Shown one piece after another: positions 30,703 to 40,445 of a stretch of DNA of 64,000 nt. Location of the stretch: assembly GCA_050253075.1 (NCBI GenBank), contig JBFWJS010000001.1:320001-384000 (forward strand), given 5' to 3'. The notes beneath the pieces were generated by a model. The model was not told the origin of the DNA and made no database searches. It saw only the letters and a program-made list of their open reading frames with translations. This DNA comes from Deferribacterales bacterium (lineage in GTDB: Bacteria; Chrysiogenota; Deferribacteres; Deferribacterales; Geovibrionaceae). The number at the start of each line of letters is the position of its first letter. The stretch's first letter is position 1. The position numbers were made by a program, and so were the translations under genes.

Positions 30703-31965
30703 CTAATCCTCTAACTCAAACAATATTTTCATAGCTTCGTCCAGCGTATACCTTCCGCCTTCGGAGCTTTTATTCTTAAGGTTTTTCAGTGGTGTATGCA
30801 GAACTTTGTTCATGTATGCGCTAACAAGGTAATGCATCTTTCTGATCTCGTCATCGGACGGCTTGTTCTTCTCGCAGAAGCGTTTTATCTCTGCCTCTTT
30901 GATATCCTCAAACTGCTGTCTGAATGACTTTATCACAGGGACGATCTTCATGGATTCGAGCCATCCGTAGAAGCCCTCCAGACCATGAAGTATATATTCC
31001 TCAGCCTTTACGGCCTCTTTCTCTCTCTGTTTCTTATTCGCCTCGACCACGGCTTTCAGGTCGTCCACGTCATAGACATACACGTTGTCCACTTCGTTTA
31101 TCTTCGGGTCGATGTCTCTCGGCACTGCTATGTCTATGAAGAACATAGGGCGCTTCTTACGTCCTATCATAGCCTTCTGTGCGTCGTCCTTTGTCACCAG
31201 CAGGTTTGTGGCGCCGGTGGAGCTGAGAACTATGTCGAAATCATGGAGGTGCTCATTGAACGAATCGAAAGGGAGCGTCGAACCGCCGACCTCACCCGCC
31301 AGCCATTCAGCCTTTGCCAGTGTACGGTTTGTCACCGTGATGCTGCCCACGCCCGCTGTGTTCATGTGCCTTGCCGCCAGCTCACACATCTCTCCCGCAC
31401 CGATGATCAGCGCATTATGCTTTGAAAGATCGCCGAATATCTTTGCAGCGAGCTCCACGGCAGCATAGCTGACAGATACGGGGTTTTCACCGATACCTGT
31501 GTATGTGCGCACTTTTTTGGTGGTTTTGATGGTGAATTCTTCGAGCTTCCGGATGAAAGAGCCCGCACCGCCGAATTCACGGGATGCTTCAAAAGAGTCC
31601 TTCACCTGTCCGAATATCTGAGGCTCGCCCATGACAAGCGAATCGAGACCGCTCGCCACACGGAAAATGTGACGCACGGAGTCCTCACCGCAGTGGATAT
31701 AGGTATATTTACGAAGCTCTGTCCTGTCCATGTTGCAGTGTTCGGAGAGAATCTCCAGCACGCTCTCAATGTTACAGAGGAAGTCGTCTGTGACGATATA
31801 ATATTCCACCCTGTTGCAGGTGGAGATTATCATCGCTTCGTATATACGGTCATTTTCCATGACCTCTGTGTATATCTGCGCCAGCTCGTCACCCTCGACA
31901 GCCAGCACCTCACGCACCTCAACAGGGGCGGAGTTATGATTAAGACCAAGTACCGCTAGTTGCAT
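30703..31965 (-). CDS. hemA: Glutamyl-tRNA reductase
   Basis: STCNRVE, SGLDSLVMGEPQIFGQVK, GAGEM, DIAVPRD. Confidence 0.97.
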   Translation of the reverse strand: MQLAVLGLNHNSAPVEVREVLAVEGDELAQIYTEVMENDRIYEAMIISTCNRVEYYIVTDDFLCNIESVLEILSEHCNMDRTELRKYTYIHCGEDSVRHIFRVASGLDSLVMGEPQIFGQVKDSFEASREFGGAGSFIRKLEEFTIKTTKKVRTYTGIGENPVSVSYAAVELAAKIFGDLSKHNALIIGAGEMCELAARHMNTAGVGSITVTNRTLAKAEWLAGEVGGSTLPFDSFNEHLHDFDIVLSSTGATNLLVTKDDAQKAMIGRKKRPMFFIDIAVPRDIDPKINEVDNVYVYDVDDLKAVVEANKKQREKEAVKAEEYILHGLEGFYGWLESMKIVPVIKSFRQQFEDIKEAEIKRFCEKNKPSDDEIRKMHYLVSAYMNKVLHTPLKNLKNKSSEGGRYTLDEAMKILFELED

Positions 31966-31968
31966 TTG

Positions 31969-32760
31969 CTATCCCATAATGAAAAATGCCACACCTATAT
32001 AGGTGATCAGCACTGAAATAAATCCTATAATAGTGGAAAGCGCCGTATGTTTAGGCGACATCCCTTTGAACTGCTTATAAAAAGTAATACTGCTGTATAT
32101 TATCCATGTGATAATCGCAAAGACGAGCTTCGGGCTGAAAACGTTAATGCGTCCACTTGAATAAAACATCCACACAATCCCCGCAAGGAGACCAATGGTG
32201 AATGTGTAGAAACCAATGTAAAGGGTAGTATTATTCAGCTTGTTGATAGTGTCAAGAGGCGGAAAGCGTCTGAAGATAATTCCGAAGTTTTTTGTCTTCA
32301 GCTGACGCTCCTGGATGAAGTACATCACGCCCGTAAAGGTGGACAGCATGAAGAATGCCGTACCGATTATCGTAAAAGGCAGGTGGATATACAGCCAGAA
32401 AGTGACTGCTATGTCATTCTGCGCAGACATCTCCATCCCCGATGTAAAGCGGGATATCATAACGAATATCACTGTCAGCGGAAATACAAAGAGGCCTATG
32501 GACGGTCTGCCGTAGCGCAGATACATCGCCAGATAGCCTATCAGCATCGCCATCGTCAAGAGAAGCATAACACCGCTGAGGCTCGCAAACGGAGGCACAG
32601 GCAGGCTGTACATGCTGACATACTGCATAACGGTGAAGATAATCGACAACACCACAAAGACGGATGTCACTAGCTCAAGTTTTTTATATCCAAGAAAAAA
32701 GTAGAGTGTCACATGCAAAAGAGAAAGGACACAACCCAATAAGGCTAAATCAAAGTACAT
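31969..32760 (-). CDS. Cytochrome c assembly (CcsA/HemX-like) membrane protein
   Basis: WLYIH, QERQLK...PPL, GLLAG.W, PK; immediately upstream of hemA. Confidence 0.78.
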   Translation of the reverse strand: MYFDLALLGCVLSLLHVTLYFFLGYKKLELVTSVFVVLSIIFTVMQYVSMYSLPVPPFASLSGVMLLLTMAMLIGYLAMYLRYGRPSIGLFVFPLTVIFVMISRFTSGMEMSAQNDIAVTFWLYIHLPFTIIGTAFFMLSTFTGVMYFIQERQLKTKNFGIIFRRFPPLDTINKLNNTTLYIGFYTFTIGLLAGIVWMFYSSGRINVFSPKLVFAIITWIIYSSITFYKQFKGMSPKHTALSTIIGFISVLITYIGVAFFIMG

Positions 32761-32910
32761 ATCAGATGTTCTCCCATATGCTCATATTATAAACTCCTTT
32801 AAAGTATATAATATTTTAAGCACATTTATGAAGATAAATTTTGTAAACCGATATTGCAAGTTATATTTAAAATAGACTTTTAGTATTTTTTTGTGCTAGT
32901 TTACATTTAA

Positions 32911-33768
32911 ATGAGCTACGAACCTATTTCATTACAACACAAAGACTTGCTGAAAGACAGGCTGAAATCTGTCAGCGTACCTATATCCGAATACAGCTTT
33001 CCAAACCTCTATCTTTTCAGAAATGCTCATCAGTATGAAGTCTTTACATGCGATAACGAGTACTTTGTCAGAGGCAGAACATACGACGACAAGACGTACA
33101 TCATGCCCACAAAAGACATGCGCACATGCTGTACAGACACACTGCACAAGCTGCAGAAAGAGTGCGACTTCTTCTTTCCCATACACGAAGACTGGCTGGA
33201 ATTTTTCAAAGATCAGAATATAGAGTACGATTTCCGTGACGGAGATACCGACTATATTTATACAACAGAAAAGATGCAGACATACAAAGGGCGCAAACTG
33301 CATAAGAAGCGCAACCTTCTGAAACAGTTCAACGAAAGCTATGTGGCAAAAGCCTATGAGATAAGCCCCGAAAGGCTCTCAGACTGCAAATACATACTCG
33401 AAAAATGGATAGAGCTCTCAGGACTCTCAAAGGAAGAGACTGATTATTACGCCTGCTGCGAGGCGATGAAGCTGTATGATCAGCTCTGTATCTGCGGCGG
33501 GATATATTATGTCGACGACGAACCCTGCGGATTTGTAATCGGTGAGGAACTCACAGACGACACATACGTGCTCCACTTCGCAAAAGCACTCACGACTTAT
33601 AAAGGTATCTATCAGTTCCTTTATAACGACTTCGCAAACATACTGCCGAAACGCTACGAGTTCATAAACTTTGAACAGGACCTGGGCAAAACAGCCCTCC
33701 GCATGGCAAAGACAAGCTATTACCCCGACATCCTCGGTAAAAAATACCGTATGACCTTCAAGGACTAA
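32911..33768 (+). CDS. DUF2156 / phosphatidylglycerol lysyltransferase-domain protein
   Basis: SEYSFPNLY, DYIY, KKRN, HFAKA, KGIYQ, INFEQDLG...K.SY.P. Confidence 0.82.
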   Translation: MSYEPISLQHKDLLKDRLKSVSVPISEYSFPNLYLFRNAHQYEVFTCDNEYFVRGRTYDDKTYIMPTKDMRTCCTDTLHKLQKECDFFFPIHEDWLEFFKDQNIEYDFRDGDTDYIYTTEKMQTYKGRKLHKKRNLLKQFNESYVAKAYEISPERLSDCKYILEKWIELSGLSKEETDYYACCEAMKLYDQLCICGGIYYVDDEPCGFVIGEELTDDTYVLHFAKALTTYKGIYQFLYNDFANILPKRYEFINFEQDLGKTALRMAKTSYYPDILGKKYRMTFKD

Positions 33769-33777
33769 CAGCCACTT

Positions 33778-34359
33778 TTACATCCCATACTGCTTACGCA
33801 CAGAGTTAATTATTGTATCATATTCCGATAATATATTTTTATCCGTTGAGCGGTCGGCATGTGCATCTGCCAAAACTCTGCAAGCCTTCTCAAAACATTC
33901 TGCTCTTTTACTAGCCGTGATATTTCCGCTCATCTGCTCAACCAGCTCTTCTATCTCTATCGTATATCTGCGGGAGGCACAGACACCTATCTTTTCGTAA
34001 TATTTTTTGCTTATCGCATCGAACAGCGTGTCCGAAATTATCTTTTTATTCTTATCTTTTATCATGATGACATTGTTAAAGCTCTGCTCAGCGAGGACTT
34101 TTCTCTGGATAGATGTATCTGTGTTTTTCGTCGTGGCAGAGATAATGAGGGAGTCTCGGAGTATCTGTACACTGCGCAGCAGTTCCAGTTTCAAGGGTTC
34201 GTTCAGATATTTCTGATTATTCTTTTGGTCAGTTTTATGGTCGTGATAAATGAAGAATGACTCGTTCACTATAGTCTCGAACTCATTATCTGTTGAAAAC
34301 AGCCTTATCAGTAAAACAATAATGCTCCCCGATAAAATAAAGATAATCGCAAGTTCCAT
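33778..34359 (-). CDS. Hypothetical protein with N-terminal membrane anchor
   Basis: 193 aa ORF with RBS GAGG and hydrophobic N-terminus; no family recognised. Confidence 0.65.
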   Translation of the reverse strand: MELAIIFILSGSIIVLLIRLFSTDNEFETIVNESFFIYHDHKTDQKNNQKYLNEPLKLELLRSVQILRDSLIISATTKNTDTSIQRKVLAEQSFNNVIMIKDKNKKIISDTLFDAISKKYYEKIGVCASRRYTIEIEELVEQMSGNITASKRAECFEKACRVLADAHADRSTDKNILSEYDTIINSVRKQYGM

Positions 34360-34411
34360 ATGCTACCTCAAACATTTGAAACATTATTACACATCAAGAA
34401 AATTTATAAAC

Positions 34412-34446
34412 AAAAAAGGGACTCAAAAGAGCCCCTTATGTTTTTT
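34412..34446. terminator. Intrinsic terminator (likely ends ruvB-radA-fabI on the minus strand)
   Basis: AAAAAAGGGACTC-AAAA-GAGCCCCTT flanked by A and T tracts. Confidence 0.65.
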
Positions 34447-34456
34447 ATTTTTTCTA

Positions 34457-34492
34457 AGATTGTTTCGTCGGCTATCGCCTTCTCGCAATGAC
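34457..34492. repeat. Right half of GTCAT...ATGAC palindromic element, copy 2
   Basis: AGATTGTTTCGTCGGC...CTCGCAATGAC, similar to 5588-5621. Confidence 0.65.
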
Positions 34493-34534
34493 CCGGAAGT
34501 TGTATAAGCTGCCGGAAGTTAAGCCGAAGATTTT

Positions 34535-34660
34535 TTATAAGCTGCTGGAAGCAAGCAGTTCAAGGCAAGCCGAGGAAAGAAGTGACGAGCATACAAAGGT
34601 ATGTGAGTCATCTTTTTCAGAGGCTTAACGCCGAAATGCGCCGCTTAGAGCGGATTATAA
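34535..34660. repeat. TTATAA-bounded hairpin element (MITE/REP-like)
   Basis: TTATAAGCTGCTGGAAGC...GCTTAGAGCGGATTATAA imperfect terminal inverted repeat; partial duplicate of the left end at about 34503. Confidence 0.55.
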
Positions 34661-35422
34661 ACCCATTATGGAGTAACCGCAGTCCACATGAATGACCTCA
34701 CCTGTCACTGCCGACGCCAGATCGGATGCGAGGTACACTGCTGTACGGCCTACATCTTCCTGTGTGCAGTTGTCACGGAGAGGTGCGTTCTCTGCTATGT
34801 GGTTGAAGATCTTTTTAAAGTCGGAGATGCCTGCTGCTGCGAGAGTCTTTATCGGACCTGCGGAGATGGCGTTCACTCTTATCTTTCTGTCGCCCATGTC
34901 GTAGGCGAGGTATTTTGTAGATGATTCGAGTGCTGATTTCGCAACACCCATAACGTTATAGTTTTTGATGACTCTTTCAGCGCCGAGATAAGACATACAA
35001 ATGATGCTTCCGCCGTCGTTCATGATAGGCTCTGCTGCCTTCGCCATTGCCACCAGTGAAAATACGCTGATGTCCATAGCCATAGCAAAGTGGTCTCTCT
35101 GAGTATCGATATATTTGCCTTTAAGCGCATCGCTGGGTGCGAATGCAACGGAGTGGATGAGAATGTCGAAAGTACCCCACTCTTTTTTCACTGTTTCGAA
35201 GCATGCTTCGAGCTCTGCATCGCTTGTAACGTCACATGGAACCATAAATTTGCCGCCGAGTTCCTCGGAGACCTTTTCCACTCTTCCACGCAGTTTTTCG
35301 CCGGCATAGCTGAAAGCAACCTCAGCCCCCTGCTCGATAAAGTTTCTAGCAATGGCGTAGGCAATGCTTTTGTTATTCGCAACGCCGAAGATCAGCGCTT
35401 TCTTTCCTTCGAGAAGTCCCAT
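34655..35422 (-). CDS. fabI: Enoyl-ACP reductase FabI
   Basis: GVANNKSIA, HSVAFAP, YNVMGVAK, ISAGPIKTLAA. Confidence 0.95.
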   Translation of the reverse strand: MGLLEGKKALIFGVANNKSIAYAIARNFIEQGAEVAFSYAGEKLRGRVEKVSEELGGKFMVPCDVTSDAELEACFETVKKEWGTFDILIHSVAFAPSDALKGKYIDTQRDHFAMAMDISVFSLVAMAKAAEPIMNDGGSIICMSYLGAERVIKNYNVMGVAKSALESSTKYLAYDMGDRKIRVNAISAGPIKTLAAAGISDFKKIFNHIAENAPLRDNCTQEDVGRTAVYLASDLASAVTGEVIHVDCGYSIMGL

Positions 35423-35433
35423 GTAAATTCCTC

Positions 35434-36771
35434 CTAAAACATATCCAAAAATTTGGATACATTAATAGATAAACCAATTTCTATGCTTTTGTCAAACTCC
35501 ACTTTCTCAGGAACGAAATATTTTCTGATTCCCATCTTATAGCTTTCGGAAAGTCTGTTGCCCATGTTCGACACGGGTCTTATGACACCTGTCAGACCGA
35601 CCTCGCCGATGAATGTCGTCTGCGGGTCTATGGGTCTGTCACGGAAGGATGAAACAATTGCCGCACATATGGCAAGGTCTGCGCTGGTCTCGGTGATCTT
35701 CATCCCGCCTGCTACATTGATGTATATATCGCTCCCTGCGAGGTTAAGCCCGCCCTTCTTTTCCAGAACGGCGAGCAGCATGTTAAGTCTGTTAAGGTCG
35801 AAGCCCATACAGTTGCGCTTCGGGTATTGATAAAATGTCGGAGCCACAAGCGCCTGCACCTCTACGAGGAAAGCTCTCGTCCCCTCCATAACGGGCACGA
35901 AGACACGCCCTGCGGATGTGTCCTGCTTGTCTTCTACAAAGCTATAGCTGTTCAGCTCCACCAGCCCTTTATCCGTCATTTCGAAGATGCCGACCTCGTT
36001 TGTAGGGCCGAACCTGTTCTTCACAGAGCGGAGTATGCGCACCCCTCTGCTGTAGTCCCCTTCGAAGTAAAGCACTGTATCCACAAGGTGCTCCAAGACC
36101 TTTGGACCTGCGATGTAGCCGTCCTTTGTCACCTGTCCGACTATCATGACGGTTATGCCCCTGCTCTTTGCGAGCTCGACAAGGCGGTAAGTGACATGCT
36201 TCACCTGACCGACAGTACCTGCGGCACTGTTCAGGTCGTCTGAGGCTATGGTCTGTATGGAGTCTAGTATTATATAATCAGGCTTCTCCCCTTCGCATGC
36301 CTGAAGAACGTCTTCGAGGCTGTTGGTGGAGAGTATGTCTATCTCATTATCTGAAACGCCGAGCCTGTCCGCACGCAGTCGAAGCTGTGCTGCGGATTCC
36401 TCGCCCGAAACGTATAAAACTTTTAATCTGTCTCTGGAGAGTATCCCTGCGCATTGAAGCATGATGGTGGATTTGCCTATCCCGGGCTCTCCGCCCACAA
36501 GGAGTACTGAGCCCTTCACCAATCCGCCGCCCAGAACCTGATCCAGCTCGGGCATGCCTGTCGGTGTGCGCTCTGTCTCGAGCCCTTTCACGTCTTTCAG
36601 ACTGACGGGTTTAACTTTCGGGTTACGCTTTGCTATTGCCGCCGTGCTCTCTTCGAGGGGAATTTCCTCCACAAAGCTGCTCCAGCTGCTGCACTCGGGG
36701 CATTTGCCTATCCATCCGGGGCTGACATACCCGCAGGACTGACATACGTATTTGGATTTTTTCTTAGCCAC
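35434..36771 (-). CDS. radA: DNA repair protein RadA/Sms
   Basis: CQSCG..CPEC, GEPGIGKST, KNRFG, Lon-like C-terminus. Confidence 0.96.
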   Translation of the reverse strand: MAKKKSKYVCQSCGYVSPGWIGKCPECSSWSSFVEEIPLEESTAAIAKRNPKVKPVSLKDVKGLETERTPTGMPELDQVLGGGLVKGSVLLVGGEPGIGKSTIMLQCAGILSRDRLKVLYVSGEESAAQLRLRADRLGVSDNEIDILSTNSLEDVLQACEGEKPDYIILDSIQTIASDDLNSAAGTVGQVKHVTYRLVELAKSRGITVMIVGQVTKDGYIAGPKVLEHLVDTVLYFEGDYSRGVRILRSVKNRFGPTNEVGIFEMTDKGLVELNSYSFVEDKQDTSAGRVFVPVMEGTRAFLVEVQALVAPTFYQYPKRNCMGFDLNRLNMLLAVLEKKGGLNLAGSDIYINVAGGMKITETSADLAICAAIVSSFRDRPIDPQTTFIGEVGLTGVIRPVSNMGNRLSESYKMGIRKYFVPEKVEFDKSIEIGLSINVSKFLDMF

Positions 36772-37799
36772 TATTCATCACCGTCCAGAAAATCTGCAAC
36801 ACTCAGCCTGCCCGGCACAGACATCTTAAGATGTTCATATGCCATAGCTGTCGCCATGCGTCCTCTCGGTGTTTTTTTGATAAATCCCCGATATATAAGG
36901 TAAGGCTCGATAACGTCCTCTATGGTGTCACGCTCCTCGCTCATTGTGGCTGCGAGGGTGTCCACGCCGACGGGACCGCCTTCATATTTTTCTATAATGG
37001 AAAGGAGCAGATTCCTGTCGGAGGCGTCCAGCCCTTCGGAGTCTATCTCCAGCTTCTGGAGGCTTTCTTTTGCCAGCTCCAGAGAGATGTAGCCGTTGTT
37101 AAGGATATCTGCGAAGTCACGTACACGGCGGAGTATTCGGTGTGCGATACGGGGTGTGCCTCGGCTTCTGCCTGCGATCTCTTTCGCTGCTGCGGGGTCT
37201 ATTTTCGCACCGAGGATGTCCGCACCGCGGAGCATGATGCTCTTCAGCTCTTCCACATCATAGAACTCAAGGCGCATTATCATGCCGAATCTGTCCCGAA
37301 GGGGGGATGTAAGGAGCCCTGCACGGGTTGTCGCACCGATGAGAGTGAAAGGCGGCAGGTCTATCTTAACAGTTCTGGCTGCGGGACCCTGACCTATCAG
37401 GATATCCAGCTTAAAGTCCTCCATAGCAGGGTAGAGTATCTCCTCTACGTTGCTGTGGAGTCTGTGTATCTCGTCTATGAAGAGGACGTCCCCTTCCTGT
37501 ATGTTTGTGAGTATGGCTGCGAGGTCTCCCGCCTTGTCTATGACAGGTCCGCTGGTGGAGTTTATATTAACGCCGAGCTCGTGGGAGATGATGTTCGCGA
37601 GAGTTGTCTTCCCCAGTCCGGGAGGCCCGTGAAAGAGGCAATGGTCGAGGGATTCGCCCCTCTGTTTTGCTGCCTGTACGAATACTTTGAGGTTTTCCTT
37701 CACTTTCCTCTGCCCGACATAGTCGTCGAAACCTGTCGGCCTGATGGAAGATGTCTGAAAATCTTCCGGCTGTTTATCGTCTGAAAAGATGTTTTCCAT
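36771..37799 (-). CDS. ruvB: Holliday junction helicase RuvB
   Basis: [36 protein letters not shown]. Confidence 0.97.
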   Translation of the reverse strand: MENIFSDDKQPEDFQTSSIRPTGFDDYVGQRKVKENLKVFVQAAKQRGESLDHCLFHGPPGLGKTTLANIISHELGVNINSTSGPVIDKAGDLAAILTNIQEGDVLFIDEIHRLHSNVEEILYPAMEDFKLDILIGQGPAARTVKIDLPPFTLIGATTRAGLLTSPLRDRFGMIMRLEFYDVEELKSIMLRGADILGAKIDPAAAKEIAGRSRGTPRIAHRILRRVRDFADILNNGYISLELAKESLQKLEIDSEGLDASDRNLLLSIIEKYEGGPVGVDTLAATMSEERDTIEDVIEPYLIYRGFIKKTPRGRMATAMAYEHLKMSVPGRLSVADFLDGDE

Positions 37800-37961
37800 A
37801 GATACTCCAATGAATACTTACTCATGATATCAGCTTATCTCTTTGCAGGCAATATCTGTGTTATTCAACATTTTTCGCACATTTGTTTACAACTACAATA
37901 CTATAGCGTTATAATTATAAATATATACAACACACACACAAATTTTGTTCAGGGGTAACAT

Positions 37962-40385
37962 ATGCGCACTAATATCAAAACGAAGATTTTCGGAGTAGCG
38001 TTTCTGGGGGTAATCTTCATCACACTTTTCAACTCTTTTCTGGATTACAGATCATTCAAAAAGGAGCTGGGACTAAGTACTTCTAAAACTTTCCATCAGG
38101 CTGAAAAAAGTCTTAATAACGTTCTCGAAAGCACATTCAAAGACCTGTCGCTGACGGTATTTACCATCGCGACAGACCCGCAGATAACCGAACTGTTCGC
38201 AAACGGTGACAGAGACGGGCTGGCGAAGGCACTCGTGCCTTATTACAAAGCGATAAAGGATGAGCATGAAATAAAGCAATTTCAGTTTCACCTGCCTCCC
38301 GCCACCAGCTTTTTACGTCTGCATAAGCCTGAGAAATTCGGGGACGACCTTTCATCTTTCCGTGCTACGGTCATCGAGACAAACAAGACTCAGAAGCCTA
38401 TAACAGGGCTCGAAGTCGGACGTGGAGGACCGGGGCTCAGGGTTGTCTACCCTGTCTTTCACAATGGCAAACATGTAGGCAGTGTCGAATTCGGCGGATC
38501 TATCAATAACATAGTAAAGCAGACAGCAGACCTCTACGGCATGCAGTACTCCATAGGCATACTGGACAGCGTATTTAAAAAGGCTAAGAGGTTCGAAGCT
38601 GAGCCCGCAGACGTTGTCGTTGATAATGTCGTCTACTACATGCACTCATCCGAAGCCATGCCTTACTTCCTGCAAAACAGCAAGAATGGCTCGGCTACAT
38701 ATGAAGGCGATGCATACCGGATATATCCTGTGGAGCTGAGAGACTATACAGGCAGTGTCGCAGGCGATCTTATGCTTGTGATGAATGTGCAGGATCTCAT
38801 CACCTCCGAGTGGAAGGCGCTCACCTTCAAACTGTTCACAAACATACTGCTGGCGATGGCGTTATCAGCCATACTTTTTGCCATTATCAAGTTTGTCTTC
38901 AAACCTCTGAACAACTTTGTCGCTATGGCAAAGGAGCTGGCGAGCGGACAAGGAGACCTGTCAAAGAATGTTCCTATCAAGCTCCCCGATGCGAAAAAGA
39001 TGGTCAAAGGGAACGACTCCGCTTTCGCTCAGCACAGCGAATCGACACCGTGCTGGTATTACATGGGCGTTTTCGGCAGTAAGAAATGCCCGCAGTTATC
39101 ATCTGTGAAATCATGTCAGGCATGCTCCGTATTCAAAGCGGCATCCCACGACGAGATATCCGAGATGTCCATATTCGTTAATATATTCCTGAGAAACATA
39201 GAAAAAGACTTCGCACAGGCACTCTACACCCTGTCTAATGCTAGTGAGGCGACAGTGCCTATCTCGAGCGGTATCGTGAATGTGACAGGCAAAAGTGACG
39301 AGAACGTTATGCTCTCCTCACAGGTGGCTGCCGCCAGTGAAGAGATGAGCACCACCATCTCCGAGATAGCACAGAACAGCACAGACTCCGCAGGCAAAGC
39401 GGAAGAAACCGTCAGCATGGCAGAGGAAGGCGGACATGCCGTTATGGATGCAGCCAGATTCTCCGAAGAGGCGACAAAGGTTCTCGACTCTCTGAAAGAG
39501 GAGATCAGCGGACTGAAAGACAACGCACAGCAGATAGGTCAGGTGATAAACGTTATCGACGATATATCCGAACAGACAAACCTGCTGGCACTTAACGCTG
39601 CCATTGAAGCGGCCAGAGCGGGCGAACACGGACGTGGCTTCGCCGTTGTTGCCGACGAAGTAAGGAAACTCGCTGAAAAGACCCAGGCATCCACCAAAGA
39701 GATTGCCACCATGATACACAGGATACAGTCTGATGTTACCCACGTTATATCATCTACAGACACAGTTTCCGAATCTGTTACGAAACAGCGTGAGGTCGCA
39801 GGGGGGCTGGCATCCAACTTCGACAACATCGTCAACTCCATCAGGGAGCTGAGCGACCTTGTGACTGGCATATCCGCAGCGGTGGAGGAGCAGTCCACTG
39901 CAACGGGCGAAATAGCCGCCAGCGTAGAGAGCGTAGCGACTCTCTCGGGAGATACAAAGGATGTGGTGAACTCGTTCATATCCGAGATAGACGTGCTCCT
40001 CAGCAACATGGACAAGCTGTCCACTATGTTTTCCAGATTTAAACTGAGCCGTAAAGGGACAGTATTTGCAAAAGGAAAGCTGGAGTATCTGAACCTGACA
40101 AAGATGGTTTTCAACTGTTATCTGAAAGATCAGTGCGAGCTGTCATTCCCCAGCACGGGAGCCACAGCGTTCGGTAAATATATGGATACCAGCTTCAGAA
40201 AAGAGTTCCCCGGTGAAAATGCCGAAGAGCTGAACCGTGTCATACAAACGTTCCACTCATCATGCACTAATTCCATAAAGCGAGTGCACGACCATGTGGC
40301 GGACGGTTCATCGCTTGTTCATGTGGTGGACAGTGTTCGGGATCTATGCACCGTCTTCGACAGACTGATGGAGAAATACAGCTAG
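37962..40385 (+). CDS. Methyl-accepting chemotaxis protein (Cache sensor, interrupted HAMP, CZB-like tail)
   Basis: [26 protein letters not shown]ache; [36 protein letters not shown]. Confidence 0.93.
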   Translation: MRTNIKTKIFGVAFLGVIFITLFNSFLDYRSFKKELGLSTSKTFHQAEKSLNNVLESTFKDLSLTVFTIATDPQITELFANGDRDGLAKALVPYYKAIKDEHEIKQFQFHLPPATSFLRLHKPEKFGDDLSSFRATVIETNKTQKPITGLEVGRGGPGLRVVYPVFHNGKHVGSVEFGGSINNIVKQTADLYGMQYSIGILDSVFKKAKRFEAEPADVVVDNVVYYMHSSEAMPYFLQNSKNGSATYEGDAYRIYPVELRDYTGSVAGDLMLVMNVQDLITSEWKALTFKLFTNILLAMALSAILFAIIKFVFKPLNNFVAMAKELASGQGDLSKNVPIKLPDAKKMVKGNDSAFAQHSESTPCWYYMGVFGSKKCPQLSSVKSCQACSVFKAASHDEISEMSIFVNIFLRNIEKDFAQALYTLSNASEATVPISSGIVNVTGKSDENVMLSSQVAAASEEMSTTISEIAQNSTDSAGKAEETVSMAEEGGHAVMDAARFSEEATKVLDSLKEEISGLKDNAQQIGQVINVIDDISEQTNLLALNAAIEAARAGEHGRGFAVVADEVRKLAEKTQASTKEIATMIHRIQSDVTHVISSTDTVSESVTKQREVAGGLASNFDNIVNSIRELSDLVTGISAAVEEQSTATGEIAASVESVATLSGDTKDVVNSFISEIDVLLSNMDKLSTMFSRFKLSRKGTVFAKGKLEYLNLTKMVFNCYLKDQCELSFPSTGATAFGKYMDTSFRKEFPGENAEELNRVIQTFHSSCTNSIKRVHDHVADGSSLVHVVDSVRDLCTVFDRLMEKYS

Positions 40386-40394
40386 AATAAGCAT

Positions 40395-40430
40395 AAAAAA
40401 AGGGAGCCCGTTATGAGCTCCCTTTTATTT
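40395..40430. terminator. Bidirectional intrinsic terminator between MCP and ackA
   Basis: AAAAAAAGGGAGC-loop-GCTCCCTTTT. Confidence 0.8.
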
Positions 40431-40445
40431 TGTAAGGCGTGTGCC

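Noticed and set aside
29751..30734. 327-aa plus-strand ORF
   Set aside because: Antisense shadow of hemC with no motifs; explained by codon bias on the coding strand
36831..37784. 317-aa plus-strand ORF
   Set aside because: Antisense shadow of ruvB
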